A stretch of DNA of 63,997 bases, filler included, from an uncultured bacterium (GCA_964609495.1; 9 parts of 9 records of this genome joined end to end with filler, not necessarily neighbours in it), one strand, 5' to 3'. Shown: positions 31,490 to 41,801, counted from the whole stretch's first letter. Program-made: numbers and translations. The notes: generated by a model from the sequence alone, not told the origin.

Positions 31490-32695
31490 ATGAAAGTGTT
31501 AGTCTCAAATGTAGGTAGCACCTCTTTTAAATATCAACTGTTCGATATGACCGATGAAGCGGTTCTGGCTAAAGGGAAGATAGAGAGAGTAGGGAGTCCC
31601 AAGTCCTTTTTAACTCATCTTCCTACCGGCAAAGAGTCACTGAAGAGCGAGGTGGATAGCCCTGATCATAATGCCAGCATCAAGATAGCCCTCGATATGT
31701 TGCTCGATTCAAAATATGGCGTTATTAAGGATCTATCTGAGATCTCAGCGGTGGGATTTAAGACCGTCCATGCGGGTAAGATAAGTGGCTCAGTCCTCAT
31801 CACCGAGGAAGTTATGAAAGCGATGGAGGAATTCACAGACCTAGTTCCACTTCACAACCCACCCTATATGAACGCCATCAGAGTCTTTCAGAAGACGACT
31901 CCGGGGATACCACTAGTAGGAGTCTTCGAGACCGCTTTTCATCAGGAATTGCCCCCCTATGCTTACACCTACAGCATCCCCTACGAGTGGTATGAGAAGC
32001 ATGGCATTAAAAGATGTGGATTTCATGGCGCTTCTCATCGCTACATCTCCGAGGTGACCCCTGAGATATTAGGAAAGCCGAAAGAGGAGCTGAGGATAAT
32101 CTCCTGCCATATGGGAGGGAGTTCCTCGCTTTGTGCTATCAAGGGCGGTAAATCAGTGGATACCAGCATGGGATTCTCCGCTCAAACTGGAGTGCCGATG
32201 GCAACTCGTAATGGTGATATAGATCCCTTCATCATACCCTTCATTATGGACAAGGAGGGATTAACCACCGATGAGGTGAGGAATATATTAGTCAGGGAGA
32301 GCGGATTAGCAGGGATATCAGGGGTGGGTGGAGATATGAGGGATATCCAAGAGGCGGCTGCTGAAGGTAATGAGAGGGCCGCTTTAGCCCTAGATGTATT
32401 CTGCTATGAAGTTAAAAAATATATAGGCGCCTATACGGTCGCTATGGGCGGGGTCGACGCGATAGTCTTTACGGCGGGTATTGGAGAGAATGAGACGGCT
32501 GTCAGAGCTAAGATCTGTGATGGATTAGAGGCTATAGGAGCCAAGCTCGATCCTGCGAAAAATACTAGACCAGTCAAAGGTTATTTCATCTCTACCGATG
32601 ATTCCAAAGTGAAACTTATGGTTGTGCCTACTAATGAGGAGATAATCGTGGCGAGAGAGACGGTAAAGGTCGTGAATCAGATTAAGGGAAGTTAA
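31490..32695 (+). CDS. ackA: Acetate kinase
   Basis: NVGSTSFKY, PLHNP, VFETAFH, GFHGASHRY, SVDTSMG, VFTAGIGEN and PTNEE motifs. Confidence 0.93.
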   Translation: MKVLVSNVGSTSFKYQLFDMTDEAVLAKGKIERVGSPKSFLTHLPTGKESLKSEVDSPDHNASIKIALDMLLDSKYGVIKDLSEISAVGFKTVHAGKISGSVLITEEVMKAMEEFTDLVPLHNPPYMNAIRVFQKTTPGIPLVGVFETAFHQELPPYAYTYSIPYEWYEKHGIKRCGFHGASHRYISEVTPEILGKPKEELRIISCHMGGSSSLCAIKGGKSVDTSMGFSAQTGVPMATRNGDIDPFIIPFIMDKEGLTTDEVRNILVRESGLAGISGVGGDMRDIQEAAAEGNERAALALDVFCYEVKKYIGAYTVAMGGVDAIVFTAGIGENETAVRAKICDGLEAIGAKLDPAKNTRPVKGYFISTDDSKVKLMVVPTNEEIIVARETVKVVNQIKGS

Positions 32696-32699
32696 AGGA

Positions 32700-33743
32700 T
32701 TGTCAATCCCACAACTAAAGATCGTGAATAGGGATTATATAGAGTTCAACAGCGATATATTGCTCAGAAGGGAGAGTGTACCTTTGCTCTCCCAAATTGA
32801 CACCGCTATCTTTGATGTCGATGGTGTTCTTATGGAGGTCACCATATCTTTGCGAGAGGCAGTCTCCGCTACAGTCCAATTCTTCTTCGCCAATATTATG
32901 AACTTCACCGGAGATGAACTACTCGTTAGGACAGAGGAGATACCCGCTTTTAAACTGGCTGGAGGCTTTAATAATGATATGTATATCGTCCAAGCAGCCA
33001 CTTTATTATATCTCTATAAATCGGTTAAATATGAGACGATAAATATGAACGAGTTGCGAGCAAGAGAGCCATCGCTTGGAGAGTGTATAAAATTTATCGA
33101 GGCTGAGGGAAGGGGATTAGCTGCAGCTAGAAAAGCTATCTTCGATAGATGTTCAATTGAGGAGAGAGAGAGGATAGATGAATATTGGAAGCTAGAGCTT
33201 TTAAAAAAGCTATTCTATGAGCATTACCTAGGTAAGGATAAGTTTGAGTGTTGTATGAAGGAAAAAGCGGAATATATAAAAGGTAGGGGATTTATGGATA
33301 AGGAAACGATTCTCCTAGATCCTAGTGTCCCGAAGAGACTCAGAGCAAAAGGGATAGATAAGTTCGGAATCATCACCGGAAGGCTGAGATGTGAGTTTGA
33401 ACTCGCCGCAGAGAAGATACCTTTTCTAAGAACTATCCCTCCCGATTATGCTATAACCGAGGATATGAATTTGCACAAGCCCAAACCCGATTCTCTGTTT
33501 ATTCTGGTGGATAAATTGGGAAGCAAAAAAGGGGGAGTATATGTCGGTGATACACTGGACGATCTATTGTTGGTCAAGAATTTCCAGAAGGAGAGATCTG
33601 CTGATCAACCCTTCTTCTTATCAGCCTTAGTCCTCTCTGGTCAAGGGGGAAGAGATTCGGGAGATTTCTTTCGGAAGAAGGGAGCAGATCTGATTATGGA
33701 AAATGTCAATAAACTAGCTGAGGTTTTAGAGGATAAGAGATAG
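32700..33743 (+). CDS. HAD-superfamily hydrolase
   Basis: Motif I FDVDGVL, FKLAGGFNND, GIITGR, KPKPD and YVGDTLDD. Confidence 0.88.
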   Translation: MSIPQLKIVNRDYIEFNSDILLRRESVPLLSQIDTAIFDVDGVLMEVTISLREAVSATVQFFFANIMNFTGDELLVRTEEIPAFKLAGGFNNDMYIVQAATLLYLYKSVKYETINMNELRAREPSLGECIKFIEAEGRGLAAARKAIFDRCSIEERERIDEYWKLELLKKLFYEHYLGKDKFECCMKEKAEYIKGRGFMDKETILLDPSVPKRLRAKGIDKFGIITGRLRCEFELAAEKIPFLRTIPPDYAITEDMNLHKPKPDSLFILVDKLGSKKGGVYVGDTLDDLLLVKNFQKERSADQPFFLSALVLSGQGGRDSGDFFRKKGADLIMENVNKLAEVLEDKR

Positions 33744-33808
33744 AAATTAACTGCTTTACTCTCTTGAAGAATCATCCCCAGAATGCCGAACTAAGATGCT
33801 AAGAGGAT

Positions 33809-35098
33809 GTGATCATCATCGATGCGGAGAAGATAGGTGAATACGAAGCGTTCGTCAAAGAACATTCTCGCTTTAACTTTGCTTGCTGTCTGGCAGATTC
33901 TATAGGCTTTCCCTTAGGTATAAGTTTCATCTCGATAATGACGATTATGCCCCTGTTTGTGAAGCAGTTGACCGATTCCAACCTCGCTATCGGCTTGATC
34001 CCCGCGATCAACAGCTTGGGAATGTTACTGCCCCAACTTTTGATAGCTAACTATATAGAGCGACTGCCGATAAAACGAATGTATGTATTCTGGGTAGCCA
34101 TATCGGAGCGATTAGCTCTACTTATAATAGCCCTCTTCGCGATATGGTTTGGCAAATCCAATCCTCAACTGCTATTACTTCTATATTTCGTGTGTTGGGG
34201 ATGGCATTCTCTAAGCATGGGATTCAACTTTCCCGCTTACTACGGGCTTATAAGTAAGGTGATCCCAGTAAACCGAAGAGGTAAGCTGTATGGAGTAGGA
34301 GGAGCTGTAGGAGGTTTGCTGGGTTTATTAGGGGCTGGAATCTCCCAATATCTACTCAATGGTTGGGGATTCCCTTGGGGATTCGCTTATTGCTTCATAA
34401 TAGCCACTATCATACTAACTATAAGTGTAGCCCCTCTAGCGGTAGTTAGAGAGCCTGTCTATCCCAAACAGAAACCCAGGAAAACTTTAGGAGAATACTT
34501 CAAATCTCTACCAGGTATTCTAAAAACCGATTATAACTTCAGTCGTTATATAATAAGTCAAGTAATTTTCTACTTCAGCATTATGGCTCCTGCCTTCTAT
34601 ACGGTCTACGCGATCAATAAGTTTGGGGTAAGCACTGGAGGAGTAGCGATCTTCACGGCGATAATTATGGGGACTAATACCATAGCCCATCCTATCTGGG
34701 GATATCTAGCGGATAGGAGGGGATATAAATTAGTGCTAAGTCTATCGTTGATCTTTATGATAATAGCTCCCCTATGGGCCTTATTAGCTCCTTCCCTTAT
34801 TCTGTTTTACCTCGTCTTTGTTCTAAACAGCATAGCAATTACGGGCTATGGGATATCGAACTTCAATATCATCTTAGAGTTCTCCCCGCCTGATAATGTC
34901 CCCACCTATATGGCTCTGAGTTCCACCATCTGTTCTCCCTTTAAATCATTAACTCCAATATTGGGAGGGATAATAGCGGATAAGATGGGTTACAGTCTAG
35001 TCTTTATAATAGCAACAATAGCCGCCTCGCTAAGCTTCATAGTGCTTTCTCAAGTAGAGGAGCCTCGCTTGAAGCAGGTAGTAAGAGAAATAAGCTGA
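33809..35098 (+). CDS. MFS transporter
   Basis: About 12 TM helices; WGYLADRRGYK and GGIIADKMGY motifs. Confidence 0.88.
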   Translation: MIIIDAEKIGEYEAFVKEHSRFNFACCLADSIGFPLGISFISIMTIMPLFVKQLTDSNLAIGLIPAINSLGMLLPQLLIANYIERLPIKRMYVFWVAISERLALLIIALFAIWFGKSNPQLLLLLYFVCWGWHSLSMGFNFPAYYGLISKVIPVNRRGKLYGVGGAVGGLLGLLGAGISQYLLNGWGFPWGFAYCFIIATIILTISVAPLAVVREPVYPKQKPRKTLGEYFKSLPGILKTDYNFSRYIISQVIFYFSIMAPAFYTVYAINKFGVSTGGVAIFTAIIMGTNTIAHPIWGYLADRRGYKLVLSLSLIFMIIAPLWALLAPSLILFYLVFVLNSIAITGYGISNFNIILEFSPPDNVPTYMALSSTICSPFKSLTPILGGIIADKMGYSLVFIIATIAASLSFIVLSQVEEPRLKQVVREIS

Positions 35099-35158
35099 TG
35101 CTAGTTGACAGTAGATATCTGGCTTTTCAAATTTTGCTTTATATTAGGAGCGATATAA

Positions 35159-35974
35159 ATGAAAGCGCCTCTTTATCAGGGAGAGTTGGCAGATTTCGCT
35201 AGGGAAAGGGATTGGGAAACAACTGGGCGGAGAATCAAACTTGATATTATCCTAGAGAATCTGGGGGATTGTGATCGCTTTCTGGATATAGGTTGTGGTT
35301 CAGGGTCAATCTTACATCCTATCTCCCAGAGGATATCGAAAACTTTCGGCCTCGATGAAAGCCTAGATCGATTGCTCGATGCCAAGGACAACTGTCCAAA
35401 TTCAGGGCTAAGCGTAGCAAAAGCTGATAAATTGCCCTTTCTTGATAAGACTTTCGATATAGTTTTGACCTCGCAGATGCTACACGAGGTGAAGCTATTT
35501 GGCTCTCCCTCCGATCTGATATCGACTCTGTTTGAGATCAGGAGAGTCTTGAAACTGAGAGGTAGATATTTTCTTCTGGATCATTTAGATCCGGGTGAGG
35601 GAGAAGTCGAGATAAAGATAGCTAAAACTACTATTCCATTACTAGAGGAATTTTGTGATAAATTCGAATATCGTCCCCTTCATCTACGATGGCTAGACTC
35701 CGATACTCTGCTCATCTCCCGTCGAGACTTGCAGGATTTCGTAACCAAGACTTGGTCGCTAAATAGCCCTATGGAGAAGATAGAGATGACCGAAACCCAT
35801 ACTACTTTCTCCGAGGAGGAGCTAAGAGAGCTTATTAAAGAGACTGATCTCGTGTGGGAGGACTTTATCGCCTTCCATTCAATTGAGATTAACTTAAATT
35901 CTCACCATATAACTTTACTAGAGGAGAGTCCTTGGAATAGAAAATTCCTGCTCATCGCTTCCCGACCGATTTAG
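35159..35974 (+). CDS. Class I SAM-dependent methyltransferase
   Basis: FLDIGCGSG, ADKLPFLDKTFDIV and EIRRVLK motifs. Confidence 0.88.
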   Translation: MKAPLYQGELADFARERDWETTGRRIKLDIILENLGDCDRFLDIGCGSGSILHPISQRISKTFGLDESLDRLLDAKDNCPNSGLSVAKADKLPFLDKTFDIVLTSQMLHEVKLFGSPSDLISTLFEIRRVLKLRGRYFLLDHLDPGEGEVEIKIAKTTIPLLEEFCDKFEYRPLHLRWLDSDTLLISRRDLQDFVTKTWSLNSPMEKIEMTETHTTFSEEELRELIKETDLVWEDFIAFHSIEINLNSHHITLLEESPWNRKFLLIASRPI

Positions 35975-35996
35975 TCTATCGAAGGAGGAAGACAAA

Positions 35997-36386
35997 TTGA
36001 GTGATAAAGAGCTATCAATTAACGAGGCTCAAGATATAGTTGAACACTTTTTGAAGGAGAGAGGCTGGTTTCCCGAAAGATGTGAAGATCGCTACTACAC
36101 CCTAGCTCATACGATGGAGGAGTTGGGCGAGCTTGCAAGATGCATAACTCATTTGGAGAGTGTAAGAGGGAAGGTTATGGCAGTTAAACAGGGCGATGTA
36201 TTGGGCAAAAGAGAGCTTGAGGTGGAGATAGGTGATGTGCTATATCACATCTTCAAGATAGCTAGTGCTTATGGGATAAGAGTTGAGGAGGCATTTCTAA
36301 AATCGATGGAGAAGAATAGAGAGAAATTCCCCCTCAATAAATATGAGAAATTTGGATTAGAAATGGATAAGGAGAGGGATCTCTGA
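35997..36386 (+). CDS. MazG-like nucleotide pyrophosphohydrolase
   Basis: EELGELA...EIGDVL motif. Confidence 0.85.
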   Translation: MSDKELSINEAQDIVEHFLKERGWFPERCEDRYYTLAHTMEELGELARCITHLESVRGKVMAVKQGDVLGKRELEVEIGDVLYHIFKIASAYGIRVEEAFLKSMEKNREKFPLNKYEKFGLEMDKERDL

Positions 36387-36453
36387 GGAGTGATAAGTAT
36401 AGAATTATTCTTTCGGTAAATCTGGTTAAATTCATAGTTAAGGAGTGATTATT

Positions 36454-37275
36454 ATGAAGATAGCTTTTAGCACTCTGGGATGTCCTAAGTGGACTTTGGA
36501 GGAGATTCTGGGGAGAGCGAAGGAATATGGATATGAGGGGATAGAGTTGAGAGGGCTAGAGGGAGTGTTCCTATTACCAGAATACCCTAGATTTCAGGGA
36601 GCTGAGTTCTACAAGACAAAGAAGCTGATAGATGAATCTGGGATCGAGATCGCTTGCGTTTCCGCCTCGGCCTCCTTTGCCACCAACGATCCCGAAGAAT
36701 GGGAAAAGAATAGAGAAGAAGCTAAAGCTTATATAGAGTTGGCGGAGAGGTTGGGCTCTAAGTTAGTCCGAGTCTTTGGGGGAAGAGTTCCAGAAGGAGT
36801 TGCGTGGGATGATTGTATAAGCTATATGGCTGACCGCCTTAACGAAGTCGGAGATTTCGCCAAAGAGCATAACGTAACAATAGTGCTGGAGACTCATGAT
36901 AACTTCATCTTAGGTAAAAGCATAGCCGAGGTTATGAAGGGAGTAACGAGCGAGGGAGTGGGAGTGCTATGGGATGTTCATCATCCCTATAAGCTTGGAG
37001 GAGAACCGCTAGAGGAGACGATGAATTATCTGAAGGAGTATGTCAAGCACACTCACGTTAAGGATTCGAAGGGTAAAGGTGAGAATCCAGAACTTGTTCT
37101 ATTAGGTGAAGGAGATGTTCCCTTACAGGAGATAGTCAACCTTCTGAAGGAGAATGGATATGACGGATATCTCTCCTTAGAGTGGGAGAAGGCTTGGCAT
37201 CCCGAGATAGCTGAGCCAGAGGTAGCTTTTCCCCAAGCCGCGAAGAAGTTAAGAGAGTATATCGCTGGAAAATAA
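36454..37275 (+). CDS. Sugar phosphate isomerase/epimerase (xylose isomerase-like TIM barrel)
   Basis: AFSTLGCP, YEGIELR, LETHD, WDVHH, HTHVKD and LSLEWEK motifs. Confidence 0.88.
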   Translation: MKIAFSTLGCPKWTLEEILGRAKEYGYEGIELRGLEGVFLLPEYPRFQGAEFYKTKKLIDESGIEIACVSASASFATNDPEEWEKNREEAKAYIELAERLGSKLVRVFGGRVPEGVAWDDCISYMADRLNEVGDFAKEHNVTIVLETHDNFILGKSIAEVMKGVTSEGVGVLWDVHHPYKLGGEPLEETMNYLKEYVKHTHVKDSKGKGENPELVLLGEGDVPLQEIVNLLKENGYDGYLSLEWEKAWHPEIAEPEVAFPQAAKKLREYIAGK

Positions 37276-37491
37276 AGGGTAGAAATTGGAGAAAGTTTCA
37301 GGGAGAATTATTTAAACCACCCTTCCTTTTGGTTTTTGCTGAATTAATAAGGCTATCGAAGAATCTTGTTAATTATCACCCTCCCCCTAACNNNNNNNNN
37401 NNNNNNNNNNNNNNNNNNNNNNNNNNNNNNNNNNNTTAATTAATTAANNNNNNNNNNNNNNNNNNNNNNNNNNNNNNNNNNNNNNNNNNNN

Positions 37492-37547
37492 AGTGCTATA
37501 TGGAGAGGATTAATATCTTCCCGCTCTTTTAAGATCTCAGCAACCAT
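37492..37547 (-). CDS. N-terminal stub of a gene cut by the contig end (MVAEILKEREDINPLHIA...)
   Basis: ATG preceded by an AAGGAG RBS on the minus strand; too short to assign. Confidence 0.45.
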
Positions 37548-37714
37548 ACTTTTGATTTCTCCTTTCTAAAATTGCTTAAAGATAATTTCGTCCCCCAAAA
37601 TTTATCCGACAAATTTCTGGAGCGAGTTTCAATCCAATTACTTATCTGCTCTACATTTTAACATACAAAGTGAGGAAAATCAAGGGCTTCGACTTTCTCA
37701 CTCCGAAAAAAAAG

Positions 37715-37743
37715 TTGACAGTTTGTCGAAATTATGATATAAA
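37715..37743 (+). promoter_or_regulatory. Sigma70-type promoter about 260 nt upstream of hpf
   Basis: TTGACA-17 bp-TATAAA with TG extension. Confidence 0.65.
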
Positions 37744-37867
37744 TTAAGAAAATGAGGTCGAGGGAAATCAAGTTCGTTCTCCCTATAATCGAAGTATAGT
37801 AGCAATGAGGAGGGTTGGGGAATGACGAACGGACTGAGCAAGGTGGTTTAAAGAAAGAGTGATAGTT

Positions 37868-37897
37868 AACCTCGGTAAGATGGCTTATCGAGGTTTT
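37868..37897 (+). terminator. Terminator-like hairpin inside the hpf leader
   Basis: AACCTCGGTAAG-ATGG-CTTATCGAGGTT followed by TTCCATTT. Confidence 0.5.
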
Positions 37898-38004
37898 CCA
37901 TTTATACTTAGCGGTTAAGAGAGATCATCGGATTTGTGTAAACAGCCTTAGGATATCCTGATGAGGGTGAGTTGTTAATCGTTAAGGTAAAGGGGGTTGG
38001 TATT

Positions 38005-38559
38005 ATGCAATTAACGGTGCATGGTAAGAATATGGAGGTAACAGATGCTCTGCGTAAATACGCGGAGAAAAAGATCGGGAAAGTTAAGAGGTACTTCGAT
38101 GATATAATTGAAGTCCAAGTGGTTTTGAGTCTTCAAGATAATAAAAGCACTGGTAATAAACAGGTTGCAGAAGCGACTATCTTCGCCGAAGGCGCTGTTA
38201 TCCGAGGTGAGGAGGCTACAAGCGATATGTATGCCTCGATAGACAGCGTGGCGGAGAAAGTGGAGAGACAGATTAAGAAACATAAGGAGAGACTCAAGGA
38301 GAGGTGGAAGAGGGGCAGAAAATCTCTAGGGAATCCTACCGTTGAGATGATAGAGGAGGTAGAGGAAGAAGAGGAGGAGCCTAGAATAGTTAAGACTAAG
38401 CGATTTCCTGTAAAGCCTATGCCTGCCGAGGAGGCGGTTCTCCAGATGGAGATGTTGGGGCATGATTTCTATGTATTCCGTAATGCTGAAACGGAGGAGA
38501 TAAATATCGTATATAAGAGAAGAGATGGGAATTATGGCTTGATCGAGCCAACACTTTAA
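38005..38559 (+). CDS. hpf: Ribosome hibernation promoting factor, long form (RaiA/HPF)
   Basis: GKNMEVTDALRKYAEKKI, DMYASID..AEKVERQIKKHK and the C-terminal KPM..EEAVLQM..LGHDFYVF...YGLIEP. Confidence 0.95.
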   Translation: MQLTVHGKNMEVTDALRKYAEKKIGKVKRYFDDIIEVQVVLSLQDNKSTGNKQVAEATIFAEGAVIRGEEATSDMYASIDSVAEKVERQIKKHKERLKERWKRGRKSLGNPTVEMIEEVEEEEEEPRIVKTKRFPVKPMPAEEAVLQMEMLGHDFYVFRNAETEEINIVYKRRDGNYGLIEPTL

Positions 38560-38703
38560 TTATAAAGGAAAATTGGAGAGCGGGAATTAGAAGCTGAGGA
38601 ACAGCTTAAACAATAGAAATAGAGATAATTCCACTAGAGGACTTGAAATAAATGCTTAGTTTCTATTTTCAGCTTTCCATTTTCCATACTAAGAGGTGTC
38701 CTT

Positions 38704-41700
38704 ATGTTCGATTTTTTAAAGAAGGTTTTCGATTCGAATGAGCGAGAGGTAAATAAGCTGCGCGGGATAGTTGAGGAGATAAACGCGCTAGAGCCAGAGA
38801 TGGAAAGCCTCACGGATGAGCAACTCAGAGCTAAGACCGATGAATTTAAGCAACGTCTCAGGCAAGGTGAAACCCTCGATGATCTGCTAGTAGAAGCCTA
38901 TGCTGTGGTCAGAGAAGCCGCTAAGCGAAATATAGGTGAACGTCCCTTCGATGTTCAGCTTATGGGCGCTATAGTGCTGCATCAGGGTCGAATAGCGGAG
39001 ATGGTTACGGGAGAAGGTAAAACCTTAGCCGCTACTATGCCCCTCTATCTCAATGCTCTCCTGGAAAAGGGTGTTCATTTGGTTACGGTGAATGATTTTC
39101 TAGCGCGTCGTGATGCCAAGTGGATGGGTCCCATCTATCTAGCTTTGGGTTTAACGGTGGGAGCGCTTCAGCATGAAAGAGCTTACGAGCTTATTAAGAC
39201 CGAGAAGGGATATGAACTTCAAGATATTTCCCGACGACAAGCTTATCAATGCGATATAACTTATGGAACTAACAACGAGTTTGGCTTTGATTACTTGAGG
39301 GATAATATGGCGATCTCCGAGGAAGAGCTAGTGCAGAGAGGCCATTATTATACGATTGTTGATGAGGTAGATAGTATCTTGATCGATGAGGCGCGCACCC
39401 CTCTGATCATCTCAGGAGTGGTCGATAGGGCGGCTGATGATCATAAATATGATGAAGTCAAACCCTTAGTTCTTCGCCTGGTGAATGGGCAAAGGATTTT
39501 TATAAACCGCATTCTTAAAGAAGCAGACGAACTCTTGAAGAATAAAGATACCTATTACGAAGGGGGAATTAAACTCCTTCAGTCCAAGATTGGAGCTCCT
39601 AAGAATAAGAGATTAAAGAAATTTCTCGAGGATCCAGAATATGTTAAACTCACGGAGAGAGTAGAATTAGATTTTTTAAGGGATAAGAGGATGCCCGAGT
39701 TAGAGGAGGAGCTACTCTATGCCATAGATGAGAGGTCCAATATCATAAAGACCACGGATAAAGGACGAGATTCGATGTCTCCTCAGGATAGGAATTACTT
39801 TGTGATCCCTGATATAGACGATGAGCTCTATAATATAGATAATGACAAGAGTTTAAGTGAGGAGGAAAAGGAACAGCATCGGGAGGCGGTAATAAGGGAA
39901 TATGAGGAGAAGAACGATCGAATTCATAGCATATCTCAACTGCTAAAAGCCTATTCGCTATTCGAGAAGGATGTCGATTATGTTGTGAACGATAATAAGG
40001 TCATAATCGTCGATGAGTTCACCGGAAGGCTGATGCCCGGAAGACGCTATAGCGACGGTCTTCATCAAGCTCTGGAGGCTAAAGAGGGAGTCAGGATCGA
40101 GAAGGAGACTCAGACGCTGGCGACCATAACCTTACAAAACTACTTCCGTCTCTATGATAAATTAGCAGGGATGACGGGAACAGCCAAGACCGAGGAGGGA
40201 GAGTTCGAGGAGCTATATAAGATGGATGTGGTGGTAATTCCCACTAATAAGCCCTTGATTAGAAAGAATTATCCTGATGTCATCTATAAGACGGAGAAGG
40301 AGAAATTTAAGGCTATAGTGCGCGAGATCAAGGAGCTCCATGCGGTGGGGAGACCAGTCTTGATAGGAACAATATCTATCGAGAAATCAGAGCTTCTGAG
40401 TCGGCTTTTAGGAAAGGGTATCCCTCATGAGGTGCTAAATGCTAAGTATCATGAGAAGGAGGCGGAGATCACAGCTAAAGCTGGGCAAAAAGGAGTGGTC
40501 ACGATAGCGACCAATATGGCTGGGCGAGGAACGAATATTACTCTAGGACCGGGAGTAGTAGATCCCTCCTGCCTCAATCCCCTAACTAACGAGACTAAAT
40601 GTTGTATAGGTTGCCAGGATGATTGCAAAAGTTGCTTCAAATCCCGTCGAGATGAATGCGAGGCGAATGTGCCTTGTGGACTTCATGTGATCGGGACCGA
40701 GCGACACGAGGCTCGTCGTATCGATAACCAGTTGCGAGGACGAACAGGAAGACAGGGAGATCCAGGATCATCCAGATTTTATCTGTCCTTGGAGGATGAT
40801 CTGATGAGACTCTTCGGTTCGGATCGTCTATCTTCAGTGATGGGCAAGTTGGGGGTCGAGGAGGATGTCCCGATCGAACATCCTCTGATAACTAAATCGA
40901 TAGAGATGGCCCAGAAGAGGGTCGAGGCGAGAAACTTCGATATCCGTAAACAGCTTCTTGAGTATGATGATGTGATGGAGAAGCAGAGAGACGTTATCTA
41001 TGAACAACGGCGTCAGGTGCTGGAGGGAGAGGACCTTAGAGATGAGATAAGGGAGATGATCGAGGATCTTATCGAGGAGGCTGTTGATATTTGCACTGAG
41101 AACAGTAATTATCCCGAGGAGTGGGATTTTGATAAATTAGCCAGACGAATATCTCATCTCTTCCCTATATCATTCAAGGTTAAGGATGAAGATAAACCTA
41201 AGATGAAGAGGGAAACCCTGAAGGAACAATTTATCGCCGAGACTAAGCGGATGTATGAGCTTAAGGAGGAAGCTCTAGGCTCAGAGGAGATGCGCGAGTT
41301 GGAGAGAAGGGTTATGCTGATGGTGGTTGATAACGAGTGGAAGGATCACCTCCACGCGATGGACGAGTTAAAGGCTGGAGTCGGTCTCCGAGCCTATGCC
41401 CAGAGAGATCCCTTGATAGAATACAAGAAATCAGGATATGAGATGTTTCAGGAGTTGATCAGTAGGATCAGGGAGGAGGTAGTCCGATTTATCTATCGAG
41501 TTCAGATTGTGAAACAGCCTGCTCTATCTCGCTTTGCCACTAGGGATATTAAAGAGAGTAGAACTGGTGAGTCTGTCTCCAAAGCTAAAAGAAATGGACG
41601 AAGAGAAAGGGCACTTGTTACCTCATCAGCCGCTAATACTGAGGGGGAGAGGCAAAAACCTCGAACCTATCGGCGAGAAGGGGCGAAAGTCGGACGCAAC

Positions 41701-41757
41701 GATCCTTGTCCATGTGGCAGCGGGAAGAAGTATAAGCACTGTTGCGGCCGGAAATAA
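38704..41757 (+). CDS. secA: Preprotein translocase ATPase SecA
   Basis: TGEGKT, DEVDSILIDEARTPLIISG, ATNMAGRG, RIDNQLRGRTGRQGDPG and C-terminal GRNDPCPCGSGKKYKHCC. Confidence 0.98.
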   Translation: MFDFLKKVFDSNEREVNKLRGIVEEINALEPEMESLTDEQLRAKTDEFKQRLRQGETLDDLLVEAYAVVREAAKRNIGERPFDVQLMGAIVLHQGRIAEMVTGEGKTLAATMPLYLNALLEKGVHLVTVNDFLARRDAKWMGPIYLALGLTVGALQHERAYELIKTEKGYELQDISRRQAYQCDITYGTNNEFGFDYLRDNMAISEEELVQRGHYYTIVDEVDSILIDEARTPLIISGVVDRAADDHKYDEVKPLVLRLVNGQRIFINRILKEADELLKNKDTYYEGGIKLLQSKIGAPKNKRLKKFLEDPEYVKLTERVELDFLRDKRMPELEEELLYAIDERSNIIKTTDKGRDSMSPQDRNYFVIPDIDDELYNIDNDKSLSEEEKEQHREAVIREYEEKNDRIHSISQLLKAYSLFEKDVDYVVNDNKVIIVDEFTGRLMPGRRYSDGLHQALEAKEGVRIEKETQTLATITLQNYFRLYDKLAGMTGTAKTEEGEFEELYKMDVVVIPTNKPLIRKNYPDVIYKTEKEKFKAIVREIKELHAVGRPVLIGTISIEKSELLSRLLGKGIPHEVLNAKYHEKEAEITAKAGQKGVVTIATNMAGRGTNITLGPGVVDPSCLNPLTNETKCCIGCQDDCKSCFKSRRDECEANVPCGLHVIGTERHEARRIDNQLRGRTGRQGDPGSSRFYLSLEDDLMRLFGSDRLSSVMGKLGVEEDVPIEHPLITKSIEMAQKRVEARNFDIRKQLLEYDDVMEKQRDVIYEQRRQVLEGEDLRDEIREMIEDLIEEAVDICTENSNYPEEWDFDKLARRISHLFPISFKVKDEDKPKMKRETLKEQFIAETKRMYELKEEALGSEEMRELERRVMLMVVDNEWKDHLHAMDELKAGVGLRAYAQRDPLIEYKKSGYEMFQELISRIREEVVRFIYRVQIVKQPALSRFATRDIKESRTGESVSKAKRNGRRERALVTSSAANTEGERQKPRTYRREGAKVGRNDPCPCGSGKKYKHCCGRK

Positions 41758-41801
41758 TTCCTTCCTCTTATCGCGAGGAGAATTAGGAGTGCATAAATCT
41801 T

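Noticed and set aside
37750..37970. raiA-motif RNA, c-di-AMP or ZTP riboswitch, or hammerhead (CTGATGAG at about 37958)
   Set aside because: Only short fragments resemble these. The other conserved elements, such as a suitably placed hammerhead GAAA or the ZTP ACCAC..GGGAGC, are absent, so it is kept only as an unnamed candidate.
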